A stretch of DNA of 64,000 nt from contig JBMNKP010000001.1 of NCBI GenBank assembly GCA_050952265.1, positions 159,770 to 223,769 on the forward strand, given 5' to 3'. The notes below the pieces were generated by a model that saw nothing but the letters and a program-made list of their open reading frames with translations, had not been told where the DNA came from and did no database searches. Positions within the stretch are counted from its first letter, which is position 1. The number at the start of each line of letters is the position of its first letter. This DNA comes from Limnochordia bacterium. Lineage in GTDB: Bacteria > Bacillota > Limnochordia > Darwinibacteriales > Darwinibacteriaceae. Below, piece by piece: positions 18,885 to 27,281 of this stretch. A program made the translations under genes and the position numbers.

Positions 18885-19313
18885 CTAGTTGATCGGCTGG
18901 TTGTTGGCCACGAAGGCTTCGATCCCTTTACGCAGGTTCGCAGCCCATTTCTCGGCCAGCTGGGCCTTGGTGGCTTTGTTGTAAGCAGCGTGGAAAGCAT
19001 CGACTTCCACTATAAACTGGCCCTTGACGTACAGGGCGACATTCCCCGCCGCATCGGTTTTGATTTCCACGTCTTTGCCTGTGAGGGCAGAGGGATTCTG
19101 TCCTGCATCAACCCAAGCAGTGAAGACCTTGGTCAGGTTGCCCCAGATCTCGTTGATCTTGTCGTACGGTGCGGTATTCCCTTCGTAGCGGTACGTGAAG
19201 AAGAGCACGCCGGTGCCGGGAATGTCTACGGGGTATCCTTTTACTTGGGCCTGTACGGCAGAGCTCAACACTGCCACCAACAGCACGACTAACAGGAAGT
19301 TAATCTTACGCAC
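18885..19313 (-). CDS. Secreted hypothetical protein
   Basis: Signal peptide (AVQA); typical codon usage; SigH-like promoter upstream. Confidence 0.7.
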   Translation of the reverse strand: MRKINFLLVVLLVAVLSSAVQAQVKGYPVDIPGTGVLFFTYRYEGNTAPYDKINEIWGNLTKVFTAWVDAGQNPSALTGKDVEIKTDAAGNVALYVKGQFIVEVDAFHAAYNKATKAQLAEKWAANLRKGIEAFVANNQPIN

Positions 19314-19356
19314 TTGAAATCCACCGCCCTATTGTGTTATAGTTTGTGTTGTAAGC

Positions 19357-19383
19357 ATTCGCTTCAAACCGCCAAATTCCTCT
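19357..19383 (-). promoter_or_regulatory. SigH-like promoter
   Basis: Minus strand AGAGGAATT-tggcggtttga-AGCGAAT fits RNAGGAWWW-11-RNNGAAT. Confidence 0.55.
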
Positions 19384-19488
19384 TGATACCCGCCGAATCT
19401 GGAGTAGAACCTGCATGCTAATCTCTGGAACAGCCGGCGGAGCCCACGTTCTGGTGGAATTTCGAAGAGAAATTTCCCGGCGGGGGAG

Positions 19489-19517
19489 TTGACAAGGCAG
19501 ATGAGTGCTGGTATACT
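19489..19517 (+). promoter_or_regulatory. Sigma-A promoter of the tRNA operon
   Basis: TTGACA-17-TATACT with TG extension. Confidence 0.8.
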
Positions 19518-19552
19518 TTCAAAGTGTCCGGACCAAATCTACAACTGAATCA

Positions 19553-19628
19553 GGGCGAATAGCTCAGCTGGGAGAGCATCTGCCTTACAAGCAGAGGGTC
19601 ACAGGTTCGAGCCCTGTTTCGCCCACCA
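19553..19628 (+). tRNA. tRNA-Val(TAC)
   Basis: Cloverleaf, anticodon loop CT-TAC-AA, TTCGA, CCA. Confidence 0.97.
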
Positions 19629-19636
19629 AGTGCCGT

Positions 19637-19712
19637 GCGGCAGTAGCTCAATTGGTAGAGCATCGCGTTGCCATCGCGAAGGTTGCGAGTTCGAGCCTCG
19701 TCTGCCGCTCCA
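19637..19712 (+). tRNA. tRNA-Gly(GCC)
   Basis: TCGCG-TTGCCAT-CGCGA arm, CCA. Confidence 0.97.
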
Positions 19713-19729
19713 CTTATGTAAAGGGTTAA

Positions 19730-19805
19730 GCCGATGTAGCTCAGAAGGCAGAGCACTTCCATGGTAAGGAAGGGGTCGCCGGTTCGACTCCGGCCATCGG
19801 CTCCA
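19730..19805 (+). tRNA. tRNA-Thr(GGT)
   Basis: CTTCC-ATGGTAA-GGAAG arm, CCA. Confidence 0.96.
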
Positions 19806-19825
19806 CTTAACGATCTGGCCAGCAT

Positions 19826-19913
19826 GCGGAAGTGGCGGAATTGGCAGACGCGCAAGGTTGAGGGCCTTGTAGGAGTTTATCCTGTAAGGGTTCAAGTCCC
19901 TTCTTCCGCACCA
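19826..19913 (+). tRNA. tRNA-Leu(GAG)
   Basis: CAAGG-TTGAGGG-CCTTG arm, long variable arm, CCA. Confidence 0.96.
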
Positions 19914-19925
19914 TCCTTAAGGTTT

Positions 19926-20002
19926 GGAACCGTGGTGTAGTTGGTTAACACGCCGGCCTGTCACGCCGGAGATCGCGAGTTCGAGTCTCGTCGGTTCCGC
20001 CA
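19926..20002 (+). tRNA. tRNA-Asp(GTC)
   Basis: CCGGC-CTGTCAC-GCCGG arm, CCA. Confidence 0.97.
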
Positions 20003-20009
20003 TTTTCTT

Positions 20010-20086
20010 TGGGGTGTAGCCAAGCTGGCTAAGGCACAGGACTTTGACTCCTGCATTCCCTGGTTCGAGTCCAGGCACCCCAGCCA
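20010..20086 (+). tRNA. tRNA-Gln(TTG)
   Basis: CAGGA-CTTTGAC-TCCTG arm, CCA. Confidence 0.96.
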
Positions 20087-20090
20087 GCGT

Positions 20091-20166
20091 GCCCAGATAG
20101 CTCAGTCGGTAGAGCAGGGGACTGAAAATCCCCGTGTCGCTGGTTCGATTCCGGCTCTGGGCACCA
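20091..20166 (+). tRNA. tRNA-Phe(GAA)
   Basis: GGGGA-CTGAAAA-TCCCC arm, CCA. Confidence 0.97.
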
Positions 20167-20176
20167 CCATTATCAT

Positions 20177-20253
20177 GGTTGCTTAGCTCAGTTGGTTAGA
20201 GTGCTGCCTTGACATGGCAGAGGTCGCTGGTTCGAATCCAGCAGCAACCACCA
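20177..20253 (+). tRNA. tRNA-Val(GAC)
   Basis: CTGCC-TTGACAT-GGCAG arm, CCA. Confidence 0.96.
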
Positions 20254-20260
20254 TTTTTAT

Positions 20261-20336
20261 GCCCCCATCGTCTAGCGGCCTAGGACACCGCCCTTTCACG
20301 GCGAAGGCACCGGTTCAAATCCGGTTGGGGGTGCCA
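20261..20336 (+). tRNA. tRNA-Glu(TTC)
   Basis: CGCC-CTTTCAC-GGCG arm, CCA. Confidence 0.96.
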
Positions 20337-20341
20337 AACGA

Positions 20342-20417
<76 letters not shown>

Positions 20418-20430
20418 ACAAGACAAAGCC

Positions 20431-20455
20431 AAGCCCGCAGTAGCGGGCTTTTTCA
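20431..20455 (+). terminator. tRNA operon terminator
   Basis: aagcccgc-agta-gcgggctt-tttc. Confidence 0.85.
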
Positions 20456-20513
20456 TTTCCCTTCAATGTCACCGTTTGACATTTGTCCGCCACAGAATGA
20501 CAGAGACGGCAGG

Positions 20514-20546
20514 CGTAGCTTACACGTAGCTCACACGTAGCTTACA
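20514..20546. repeat. Three tandem 11-bp repeats (candidate integrase arm-type sites)
   Basis: CGTAGCTTACA-CGTAGCTCACA-CGTAGCTTACA between attL and the integrase stop. Confidence 0.75.
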
Positions 20547-20548
20547 GA

Positions 20549-20686
20549 CTACAGCAATGAGATGGCTTCCCATAGCTCCTGAAAACCCGGGTGAGTGTGG
20601 ATGTTGGCTGTCGTGGCATAATCAGCGTGACCCATGAGCTTTCGGATAGCAGTGGTCTTGGCTCCGGCCTTACTCAGCATCGTGCC
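20549..20686 (-). pseudogene. Tyrosine integrase C-terminal remnant
   Basis: Manual translation GTMLSKAGAKTTAIRKLMGHADYATTANIHTHPGFQELWEAISLL*; box II L.GH...TT..YTH with catalytic Tyr read as His. Confidence 0.85.
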
Positions 20687-20688
20687 AT

Positions 20689-20904
20689 TGGATAGTCGAT
20701 GTCGCTGACGGGGCGGAAGAAGCATGGCTAACCATCGTGGATGGTGGTCGGGTTATGTGCGAGACCGAGCGCTACGCGAAGCGAGACATTGTCACAGCAC
20801 TTCGACGGCTGGCAGAGCTCATCGAAAATGACATCGAGTATGACAGGGAGCTGTTCATAAAGCAGTGGTGGCCCAAAGCCAGCGACGTTGACTGGGAAGA
20901 CTAG
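20689..20904 (+). pseudogene. 3' fragment of an unknown gene, open from the integrase junction
   Basis: Frame WIVDVADGAEEAWLTIVDGGRVMCETERYAKRDIVTALRRLAELIEND...WED*; terminator-like hairpin at about 20918-20944. Confidence 0.45.
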
Positions 20905-21042
20905 ATGCTTTCATAAGGAGGCCCCACCACCCGGTGGGGTTTTTCGTTGCAGGGAATTGCCGGAATATGTGGAAAGTGGTCGGCAAACAGGGAGTCGGCA
21001 AGATGCGGAAACTGAGAGATAGCGAAGTGGAGGTGAACTGTC

Positions 21043-21441
21043 GTGTTTGGCTTGTTCTCGCGCAGGCGCAGTTATGGGCCATCGCACCCCAATCCAAGGG
21101 TCAAGCGCAAAAGGAGAGTCCGTGAGCCAATAGTCATCCGGACAAAGGTGGTGGGCGTGACGTTCCGAAACGAGGACGGATCAAAACGGCAAAAGATCGT
21201 TGCCCGCTGCAACCCAGGTGATGAACTGATCCTTAAGCATGAACCTGTCGAGGACTACCCTTTCGCTTTAGCCGTGCATAATCGGAAGGGCCAACAACTC
21301 GGCTATCTGCGGGACGAGCTTGCCAAGGACATCGTTGGCTACATGGAGGAAGGCCGCCATGTACAGTGCAGGGTCTTGGAGGTAACCGGAGGTGGTTGGG
21401 GCCGGAGCGTGGGATGCAACATCGAAGTCATAATCGAGTAG
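21043..21441 (+). CDS. Stand-alone HIRAN domain protein
   Basis: TKVVGVTF.N, GDELILKHEP...YPFALAV.N..GQQLGYL.DELA; GGAGG RBS. Confidence 0.8.
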   Translation: MFGLFSRRRSYGPSHPNPRVKRKRRVREPIVIRTKVVGVTFRNEDGSKRQKIVARCNPGDELILKHEPVEDYPFALAVHNRKGQQLGYLRDELAKDIVGYMEEGRHVQCRVLEVTGGGWGRSVGCNIEVIIE

Positions 21442-21533
21442 ACAAGCCGCGCATGATGGTTTCTTGCGACCCACACCAGAGTTCTGGATCTTTGGCGAGG
21501 AAACTGGAAGGATGGTCAGCGGTGAGAGGAAAA

Positions 21534-21746
21534 ATGACAGTCAAAGAAGCAGCTGAACGGATGGGCGTGACGCCGAGGCACATTCACTTTGGGCTTCAGA
21601 CGGGAAGGTTACCATTCGGCACAGCAGTCAAAATGGAGGGGCGTTGGAGTTACTACATAAGTAGAAGCCGGTTCGAAAAGTGGCTGTCGGGGGAGGATCT
21701 AGTTGAGGCGGCTACGAGAAGACTTGAGCAGCTTCACCCCCAGTAA
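21534..21746 (+). CDS. Excisionase-like helix-turn-helix DNA-binding protein
   Basis: MTVKEAAERMGVTPRHIHFGLQTGRLPFG.AVK..GRWSYYIS; lies next to attR. Confidence 0.75.
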   Translation: MTVKEAAERMGVTPRHIHFGLQTGRLPFGTAVKMEGRWSYYISRSRFEKWLSGEDLVEAATRRLEQLHPQ

Positions 21747-21976
21747 ACCGAAGAAGTCCTCGGAAGGTTTTCGGGGCTCGGGGTTTAAGCCTAGCTACGG
21801 GCAAAAAAGCGCCCGCAAGGGGGCTTCCGTTGCCCGAGAGTAGCTGCCGAAACAACCAGTATCCACTGCCATCAAAGGCGCATCGAACCCCGACAATAGG
21901 GTATATGATGTTTGGATGGCGCTCCAAAAGCCGGAGATTTGACTCCCCTTGGGTCCACCAAATTCAAAAACAAGAC

Positions 21977-22001
21977 GAGACCGAGATTTCGGTCTCTTTT
22001 T
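21977..22001 (+). terminator. Terminator after attR (likely the earlier tRNA terminator)
   Basis: gagaccga-gatt-tcggtctc-ttttt. Confidence 0.75.
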
Positions 22002-22125
22002 GCTTATGTGGGCAAGGTCAGTTCAAGAACGCTCTCAGGTAGAACTGGGCAGATCACTCTTCTCTGACATCCGCCGAAGAGCGCCGAGTTCGATGGCCTC
22101 CATGTTGTCCTCCGACACAGTGCCA

Positions 22126-22614
22126 TCACCTCTTCTGAATCACTTTTATCTCGTAGACGTTTATCCTGGGGAGGGCAACACTTTGTCCGAGGATGGTCTT
22201 TCCCTTCTGTTCGCCATCAGTCAGGCCAACGAACTCGACTATGTCGCCCTCGAGGATACCAACCTCCTTGGCTTGTCCTTTCAGGCTGGCGAAAAAGACG
22301 TCATCCCAGATGCCAAAGCTGCCTTCTTTGGTTCCGATCCTGAGATTTGCATCGCTGACCTTCTGCAAAACCTTGCCGCGATACGACACCGCCTTTCCCT
22401 TGTTCTGCTCAGGATATCGGGCCAGATCATCGTAGGGTATGCTCACCAATTTGCTCTTCAAATCGTTAACATCGACAGCCGCATGGCGTGCTTCTTCCTC
22501 CTGTTGGGCTTCGTTGAAAAGGTATCCTACGACGAGAACACCAACGACCACCAGGAGAAGGACGATCAGGCAGCTTCCTTCTTCCTTTCTAGCACCGGAC
22601 AGCATGTCCCACAT
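22126..22614 (-). CDS. Membrane-anchored OB-fold-like protein
   Basis: N-terminal TM; YDDLARYP...KGK.V...GKVLQ and ILEGDIVEFVG...G motif recalled from phage-associated OB-fold proteins. Confidence 0.65.
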   Translation of the reverse strand: MWDMLSGARKEEGSCLIVLLLVVVGVLVVGYLFNEAQQEEEARHAAVDVNDLKSKLVSIPYDDLARYPEQNKGKAVSYRGKVLQKVSDANLRIGTKEGSFGIWDDVFFASLKGQAKEVGILEGDIVEFVGLTDGEQKGKTILGQSVALPRINVYEIKVIQKR

Positions 22615-22697
22615 TCCCCTTTTCTTGAGTCTTGTTTGGAAGCCCGCTCCGCACTCTTGAGGGTGCCTGCTGGCAACAGCTGCATCTTAACGATGGC

Positions 22698-23498
22698 CTA
22701 TTCCCATATGACGGTCACCTTGTCCACAACCGGCGGGATGGCATACCCCCGATTTCCCAGGTTGAAATGGATACCGTCCAGGCAGGGCTGCAGCCAGTTG
22801 ATCGATGTGTTGGGAGTACCAGGGAACGGGTTCTTGACGAAGGCGTGGAACCCCAACCAGCCGTCTGTGTTATCCATCATCGACGATGTGCCCCGGCAAC
22901 CTATGAGCGAAGTCTCGTACGAGGCGGGCCGGCCTTCTTGGAATGGATCCCGCACGTACACGAACACGCCCGCGCTCTCGTTGGACGTAGGGAAGCGGAA
23001 CTCTCGCTTTGCCAGAGCGTCTGAATACTCCTCTTCTATGTACCACTCGGCGTCTATCCATGCGAAGTCATCGGTGGTGAGGTACTGTACCGTCCCGGAT
23101 TGAAGGGTCAGGTCCCTTATCAGCGCATAGGCCAAGGCAACCTCGTTCTCTGCGTCAACCACCGCTAGATACAGATCGGCCTGGGCAGCGGGCGGGACTT
23201 CCATAGTGATGGTATCCTTTGACCGCCCAGCTTCTTTTGAAACCGCCTGCATGAACGTTGCATTCTCGTTCGCGTATACCAGGCGGGCGCCTACAGACGT
23301 AGCCTGCCATCTCAGGGGTTGATTGGAGGAGGCTATGGCGGCATGTTTTGGGCGGTCCAGTTCGCTCCAGTCAACCTCAATAAGTAGAACAGCAAGACCA
23401 GACTTGGGGTCTGTTGCCGTCTTGGGCCACAGGCAGCCAGTCAGAAAGCTGAGGGCGGCCAGAAGAAAGACCAAACAGCCCTGCCGTCGCCACGACAT
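22698..23498 (-). CDS. Hypothetical lipoprotein
   Basis: Lipobox LTGC after a hydrophobic stretch; AGGGGG RBS. Confidence 0.7.
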   Translation of the reverse strand: MSWRRQGCLVFLLAALSFLTGCLWPKTATDPKSGLAVLLIEVDWSELDRPKHAAIASSNQPLRWQATSVGARLVYANENATFMQAVSKEAGRSKDTITMEVPPAAQADLYLAVVDAENEVALAYALIRDLTLQSGTVQYLTTDDFAWIDAEWYIEEEYSDALAKREFRFPTSNESAGVFVYVRDPFQEGRPASYETSLIGCRGTSSMMDNTDGWLGFHAFVKNPFPGTPNTSINWLQPCLDGIHFNLGNRGYAIPPVVDKVTVIWE

Positions 23499-23711
23499 GG
23501 TCGGATTCCCCCTTTTGCGCTCTGGCCGCTCGTGCATTGTCACAACGTTAGGAAGACAGGTTTGATTGGCGTTAGTGGATGGTGAACGAGGACAGTACTC
23601 AGACGAAAATGTTCGCGGTGCTTGTGGGTTAGTGGTGGGTGAACGAAGAATAGGATGGAAAGTGGGAGTCAGAGCACATTGCTAGACTTGTCGCAAAGTG
23701 TCCTTGCCTTG

Positions 23712-23739
23712 ATTATACCAAGAAATCCCGTATTGACAA
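23712..23739 (-). promoter_or_regulatory. Extended -10 sigma-A promoter giving a leader of about 200 nt
   Basis: Minus strand TTGTCA-16-TATAAT with TGG extension. Confidence 0.6.
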
Positions 23740-23787
23740 GAGAAAACCCACTCCACGCCGGAGCGGGTTAGTTCGGGACCCGGAAAC

Positions 23788-24140
23788 TCACCAGCCTGCG
23801 ATCTTCCACGAGCCGCCGACTTTTCGGAAGTAGAAAATGACTTCGCCCTCGTCTTCGTCTGTTGAACCATCGATGTACGTGATCTTGCCCTTCATGTATC
23901 CCTCAAGCACCGCTTCATCGTCCGCTAAGGTGGTAATGTTTCTTTTCGAAACGCTGAACTCGTGGATCTCCCTGACAAACGCAAACTCCGCAGTGAACAA
24001 CGCGACTGCCAGCTCCCTGGTTTGGATTTCATCACGGCCGATCTGAAGCGGGTAGGCGCACAAGTCAGCGAGTTTCTCAGGGTTCCGGGCTTTCATCGCA
24101 CTCTCATACTAGTTCGGTGACCATCGCGGCAACCTGAGTT
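23788..24140 (-). pseudogene. Frameshifted NTF2-like domain fragment, paralog of 25532-26365
   Basis: MKARNPEKLADLCAYPL matches TQDPEKLADLCTYPL; in-frame TAG just upstream; homologous QVAAMVTE lies in another frame. Confidence 0.65.
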
Positions 24141-24466
24141 GTCCAAACACCGAAGCTGCTTCCCCTATGTCCCCTCGACTTCACCCCCCAACTTCTGCTG
24201 TTCTTGGCAGAGGGGCGCGTTGGTCGCCCTCTTCCATGTCCACGACCGTTCGAGAGCCTTCTTTTGATGTTTGGACAGAACACCCGCCTTTCCCTTCCAG
24301 AGATCGCCATATCGGGAGTCTCAACTTGCTGGCCGAACGACCTGCAAGAGGTCACCGCTAGTATCCTTTTTCTGGAAGGAACATTGACGGCATTGGGGAA
24401 TTGCGTACGACGATCAGTCTGTGGAGTACAGCCGTGGCGACGGTTCGGCGAGGAGGAGGTGTATGT

Positions 24467-24793
24467 GTAGAGTCCAAATCGCTTATCGCTCAACTAGGCG
24501 ACAACGTCCAGGAGGTTCTTCAGAAAGCGCTCAAGTGCACAACGAGAGAAGAGATGATTGAACTCGCCCAAGAGTACAGCATCGCACTTTCCGAAGCCCA
24601 GGTTGACGAGCTTCTCGGTCACATACATCCCGATCGGGATCGTCTGTCAGATAGCGAACTCGAGGCGGTAACTGGTGGAGCCGTCAAACCTACATGCCCA
24701 AACTGCGACACGAACTTGGGTGTCATCTGGGAGATTGAATGGGTGTGCTTGTTCTGCGGAGAGCCGGTGGAAACCCGTGGGGACTGGTGGTAA
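24467..24793 (+). CDS. Nif11-like leader double-glycine peptide precursor 1 (CxxC...CxxC core); start position reads GTA
   Basis: KALKCTTREEMIELAQEY.I.LSE...LSDSELEAVTGG then AVKPTCPNC...WVCLFCG...WW; AGGAGGT RBS 6 nt before GTA. Confidence 0.75.
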   Translation, partial: VESKSLIAQLGDNVQEVLQKALKCTTREEMIELAQEYSIALSEAQVDELLGHIHPDRDRLSDSELEAVTGGAVKPTCPNCDTNLGVIWEIEWVCLFCGEPVETRGDWW

Positions 24794-24911
24794 CCCCCAG
24801 TGCCCTCCTTTTGGCAGAAGCATGGGGGGCCTTGGATAGGTGCCGGAAAATAGGGATAATCCGGTTTGACTGAAGTGCCACTCAGCGAACGTCAGGGAGG
24901 AGGTGCTGAGG

Positions 24912-25166
24912 ATGGACGCTAGAGCGCTTATGGCTCAGCTCGGTGACGATGCGGAAGAAGCTCTCGCCAAGGCCATGCGGTGCGAAACCAAAGAAGAACT
25001 GATGGAACTCGCAGAGGTGTACAGTATCGAGCTGACTGAGCAGCAGGCTGACGAACTTTTTTCCTATCTCAACAGAGAAGGTGAAGGCCTGTCAACTTTC
25101 GAACTCGAGGCAGTGACAGGCGGAACTGAAGAGGAGAAGCCTAAACCTCCATGGCCGAAGTTCTAA
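24912..25166 (+). CDS. Nif11-like leader double-glycine peptide precursor 2 (core TEEEKPKPPWPKF)
   Basis: KAMRCETKEELMELAEVYSIELTE...LSTFELEAVTGG; GGAGGT RBS. Confidence 0.8.
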   Translation: MDARALMAQLGDDAEEALAKAMRCETKEELMELAEVYSIELTEQQADELFSYLNREGEGLSTFELEAVTGGTEEEKPKPPWPKF

Positions 25167-25211
25167 AGAGTTTTACGGTGGACGGGCGAAGTCCAGGGGG
25201 AGCAATTCACG

Positions 25212-25332
25212 ACGGACGTCAGGGATATCATCGCTAGGCTGGGTGATGGTGCGGAGAAAGCTCTGGAGAAAGCTCTGCTGTGCAAGATGGTACTGTAAGG
25301 AGTGCGGCAAGATCATCGATAGTCATGTATGA
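25212..25332 (+). pseudogene. Internally deleted third Nif11-like precursor
   Basis: (ACG)DVRDIIARLGDGAEKALEKALLCK joined out of frame to RWYCKECGKIIDSHV*. Confidence 0.65.
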
Positions 25333-25477
25333 GTGACCGCTGGAAAAGAGCGCGGGGGCGCTGCAGAACTACGCGATCGAGTAGGGAGCAGCGCTCCTTC
25401 TTTGGCACAGAAGTGTGAATTCCACGGTTACTTGAGGCGCATCGTTCTGCGAGCCCGTATTCTTGTTATTGGACACG

Positions 25478-25528
25478 AAAACGGGCCGTGCAGTATGACC
25501 CGATCGGAGTCATTCTGCACAGCCCCGC
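25478..25528 (-). terminator. Terminator of the minus-strand lipoprotein/CPBP operon
   Basis: gggctgtgcagaatgactc..gggtcatactgcacggccc hairpin followed by gtttt. Confidence 0.6.
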
Positions 25529-25531
25529 TGA

Positions 25532-26365
25532 CTAAATCCCCGCATTGAAGATATTCGAGATAAGCCAGGATTCTCCGGTTTTGACCAACTGGAAGTTTGC
25601 AAGGTTCTCGCCCGCGAAAAATTCTCCGTAGATGTCTGTCAACTCCGCCGCTAGGGTTGCCTGCACCGTGGCCTCGGTGCCCCTTACCTTGATCTGCCTG
25701 TCTTTTATCCAGAGTTCCTGGTACTCCTCGATTTCAAAGCAGTACAGTTTTTCGAAGTTCTGAACCGCCGCTTCTCTTGTGGCGAACAAGTAGTTGTTCA
25801 CATAAAGGGGATAGGTGCATAGATCGGCCAGTTTTTCCGGGTCCTGAGTCCTAATGCCCTCCTCGTAAAGGTTGAGAAGGTCGTAGATCTGACGAACATC
25901 CGCGTCCAGGTGTTCATTCTTCAGTGAGTATATCTTCCACGTGTCGCCATCCTTGTGGAGCCCAAGGGATATTCTGAACTCTGTTTCGACAATCTCTCCG
26001 CTGTCGTCGATGGTCTTCAGCACAGCTGTACCGTCGGCATCTGCATAGGAATTGCTGCTCTTTAACAAGACGTGCCTGTTGGTTATTTCGTACCCTGCAA
26101 CTTGCCCTCCAGGCAGGAGCCTGGAGCCGAAGCAAACTGCCGCGAATTCCCAGTATGGGATCACATCGTAGTCACCGAAGTACAGCGGATAGCGACACAG
26201 CTTAGCCAGCTTGTCGGCATCTTTTTCCAGCATCCCGGCCTCAAACTGGTCCAGAACCTCGTTAATCCTGGCCCTTTCGGAGATCGATCCGAAGAGAGTG
26301 ATGCAGCCGCTGAGCAGAAGTGCTGCAGAGAGCAGTGCGATAGCCAGTGACAAGCGTTGCTTCAT
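25532..26365 (-). CDS. Lipoprotein with two tandem NTF2-like domains
   Basis: Lipobox LSGC; internal duplication EKDADKLAKLCRYPLY..KDGDTWKI versus TQDPEKLADLCTYPLY..KTGESWLI. Confidence 0.75.
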   Translation of the reverse strand: MKQRLSLAIALLSAALLLSGCITLFGSISERARINEVLDQFEAGMLEKDADKLAKLCRYPLYFGDYDVIPYWEFAAVCFGSRLLPGGQVAGYEITNRHVLLKSSNSYADADGTAVLKTIDDSGEIVETEFRISLGLHKDGDTWKIYSLKNEHLDADVRQIYDLLNLYEEGIRTQDPEKLADLCTYPLYVNNYLFATREAAVQNFEKLYCFEIEEYQELWIKDRQIKVRGTEATVQATLAAELTDIYGEFFAGENLANFQLVKTGESWLISNIFNAGI

Positions 26366-26390
26366 ACGGGTCCCCCTTCATCTTATGGAG

Positions 26391-27281
26391 TTACTGTCTC
26401 AACCTAGCCACGATCTCCATGATTCCCATTGCAAGCAGGTACAGAATCGTCAAAGTTAAGAATACGACGCCCTTTAGAGGCGTTCTTTCTTCACCTCCCG
26501 TGAGGCCATCTCTGCCTGGCTGCCTATCTACGCTCCGCAGCAGAAGCAACGCCAAAACCAAGCTGACTGGAGCCGCAAGGTGCGTCCAGCTGGGGGGCGG
26601 CCCAGCAGCACTTAACCCAAGCGCCGGGCCTAGGAACGCCGCAGACAGGTTGGCCGCCGCATGAAACAGCATCGAAGACGACAGTGAACCGGTCCTGCTT
26701 ACCAGAAAGCCCATCCCCACGCCCAAAACTGAGGCAGGGATCACTTCACTCACTCCGTTGAGGACGTGGTAGGCACCGAAAAGGATGCCGGTGATGAGAT
26801 ATCCATACGTTGGGCTGTACCGTTCATAGGCTGTCTGGATAAATCCACGGAACATGATCTCTTCGCAGATCGGTGCCAGGACAACGGCACCGATCATAAG
26901 GAGGATGATCTGGTAGGGAGATGCGCTCACAGACTGCGCTGCCTCATCCACCGGCATCACTCCGAACCAGCGGTCGAGAAGCAGCTTGCCCACTTTGGAC
27001 AGGTAAGCGGCAGTGATCCACAGGCTCACTCCAGCAAGCAGGCTGATCAGCCGGTTCCTGCGGGATGTGCCCCTGAGCTTGTACGTTGTGTCAAGCGGCC
27101 ACCTGTTAAGCCAGGCCAGCAGGAGGGCGGGCAGGAGGATGTACACATACTCGTTGACCCAGAGATTAGCCCCAAACCCGATCCTGGGTTGGAGAAGGAC
27201 GCTGCCCACTAGTGTAACCACAGCGGCAAACAGGAAAACTGCATTGGCTTGGGACGTGGTTGGTGCAGGTGTTCTCTTCAT
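26391..27281 (-). CDS. CPBP (CAAX/Abi) intramembrane metalloprotease
   Basis: EEIMFRG, FGAYH and HAAAN motifs; multiple TM. Confidence 0.9.
   Translation of the reverse strand: MKRTPAPTTSQANAVFLFAAVVTLVGSVLLQPRIGFGANLWVNEYVYILLPALLLAWLNRWPLDTTYKLRGTSRRNRLISLLAGVSLWITAAYLSKVGKLLLDRWFGVMPVDEAAQSVSASPYQIILLMIGAVVLAPICEEIMFRGFIQTAYERYSPTYGYLITGILFGAYHVLNGVSEVIPASVLGVGMGFLVSRTGSLSSSMLFHAAANLSAAFLGPALGLSAAGPPPSWTHLAAPVSLVLALLLLRSVDRQPGRDGLTGGEERTPLKGVVFLTLTILYLLAMGIMEIVARLRQ

Noticed and set aside
19505-20186. ORFs 19505-19729, 19550-19855, 19599-19895 and 19941-20186
   Set aside because: Spurious translations of tRNA genes
21949-23103. 384-aa plus-strand ORF
   Set aside because: Antisense to two genes with TM/lipobox signals, starts inside attR, no motifs
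23571-23653. Possible mini-CRISPR array
   Set aside because: Only two degenerate non-palindromic copies and no cas genes; kept only as a leader repeat
24109-24112. CTAG as an IS excision footprint
   Set aside because: The four bases are not a duplication of the adjacent sequence and no IS is present in the window
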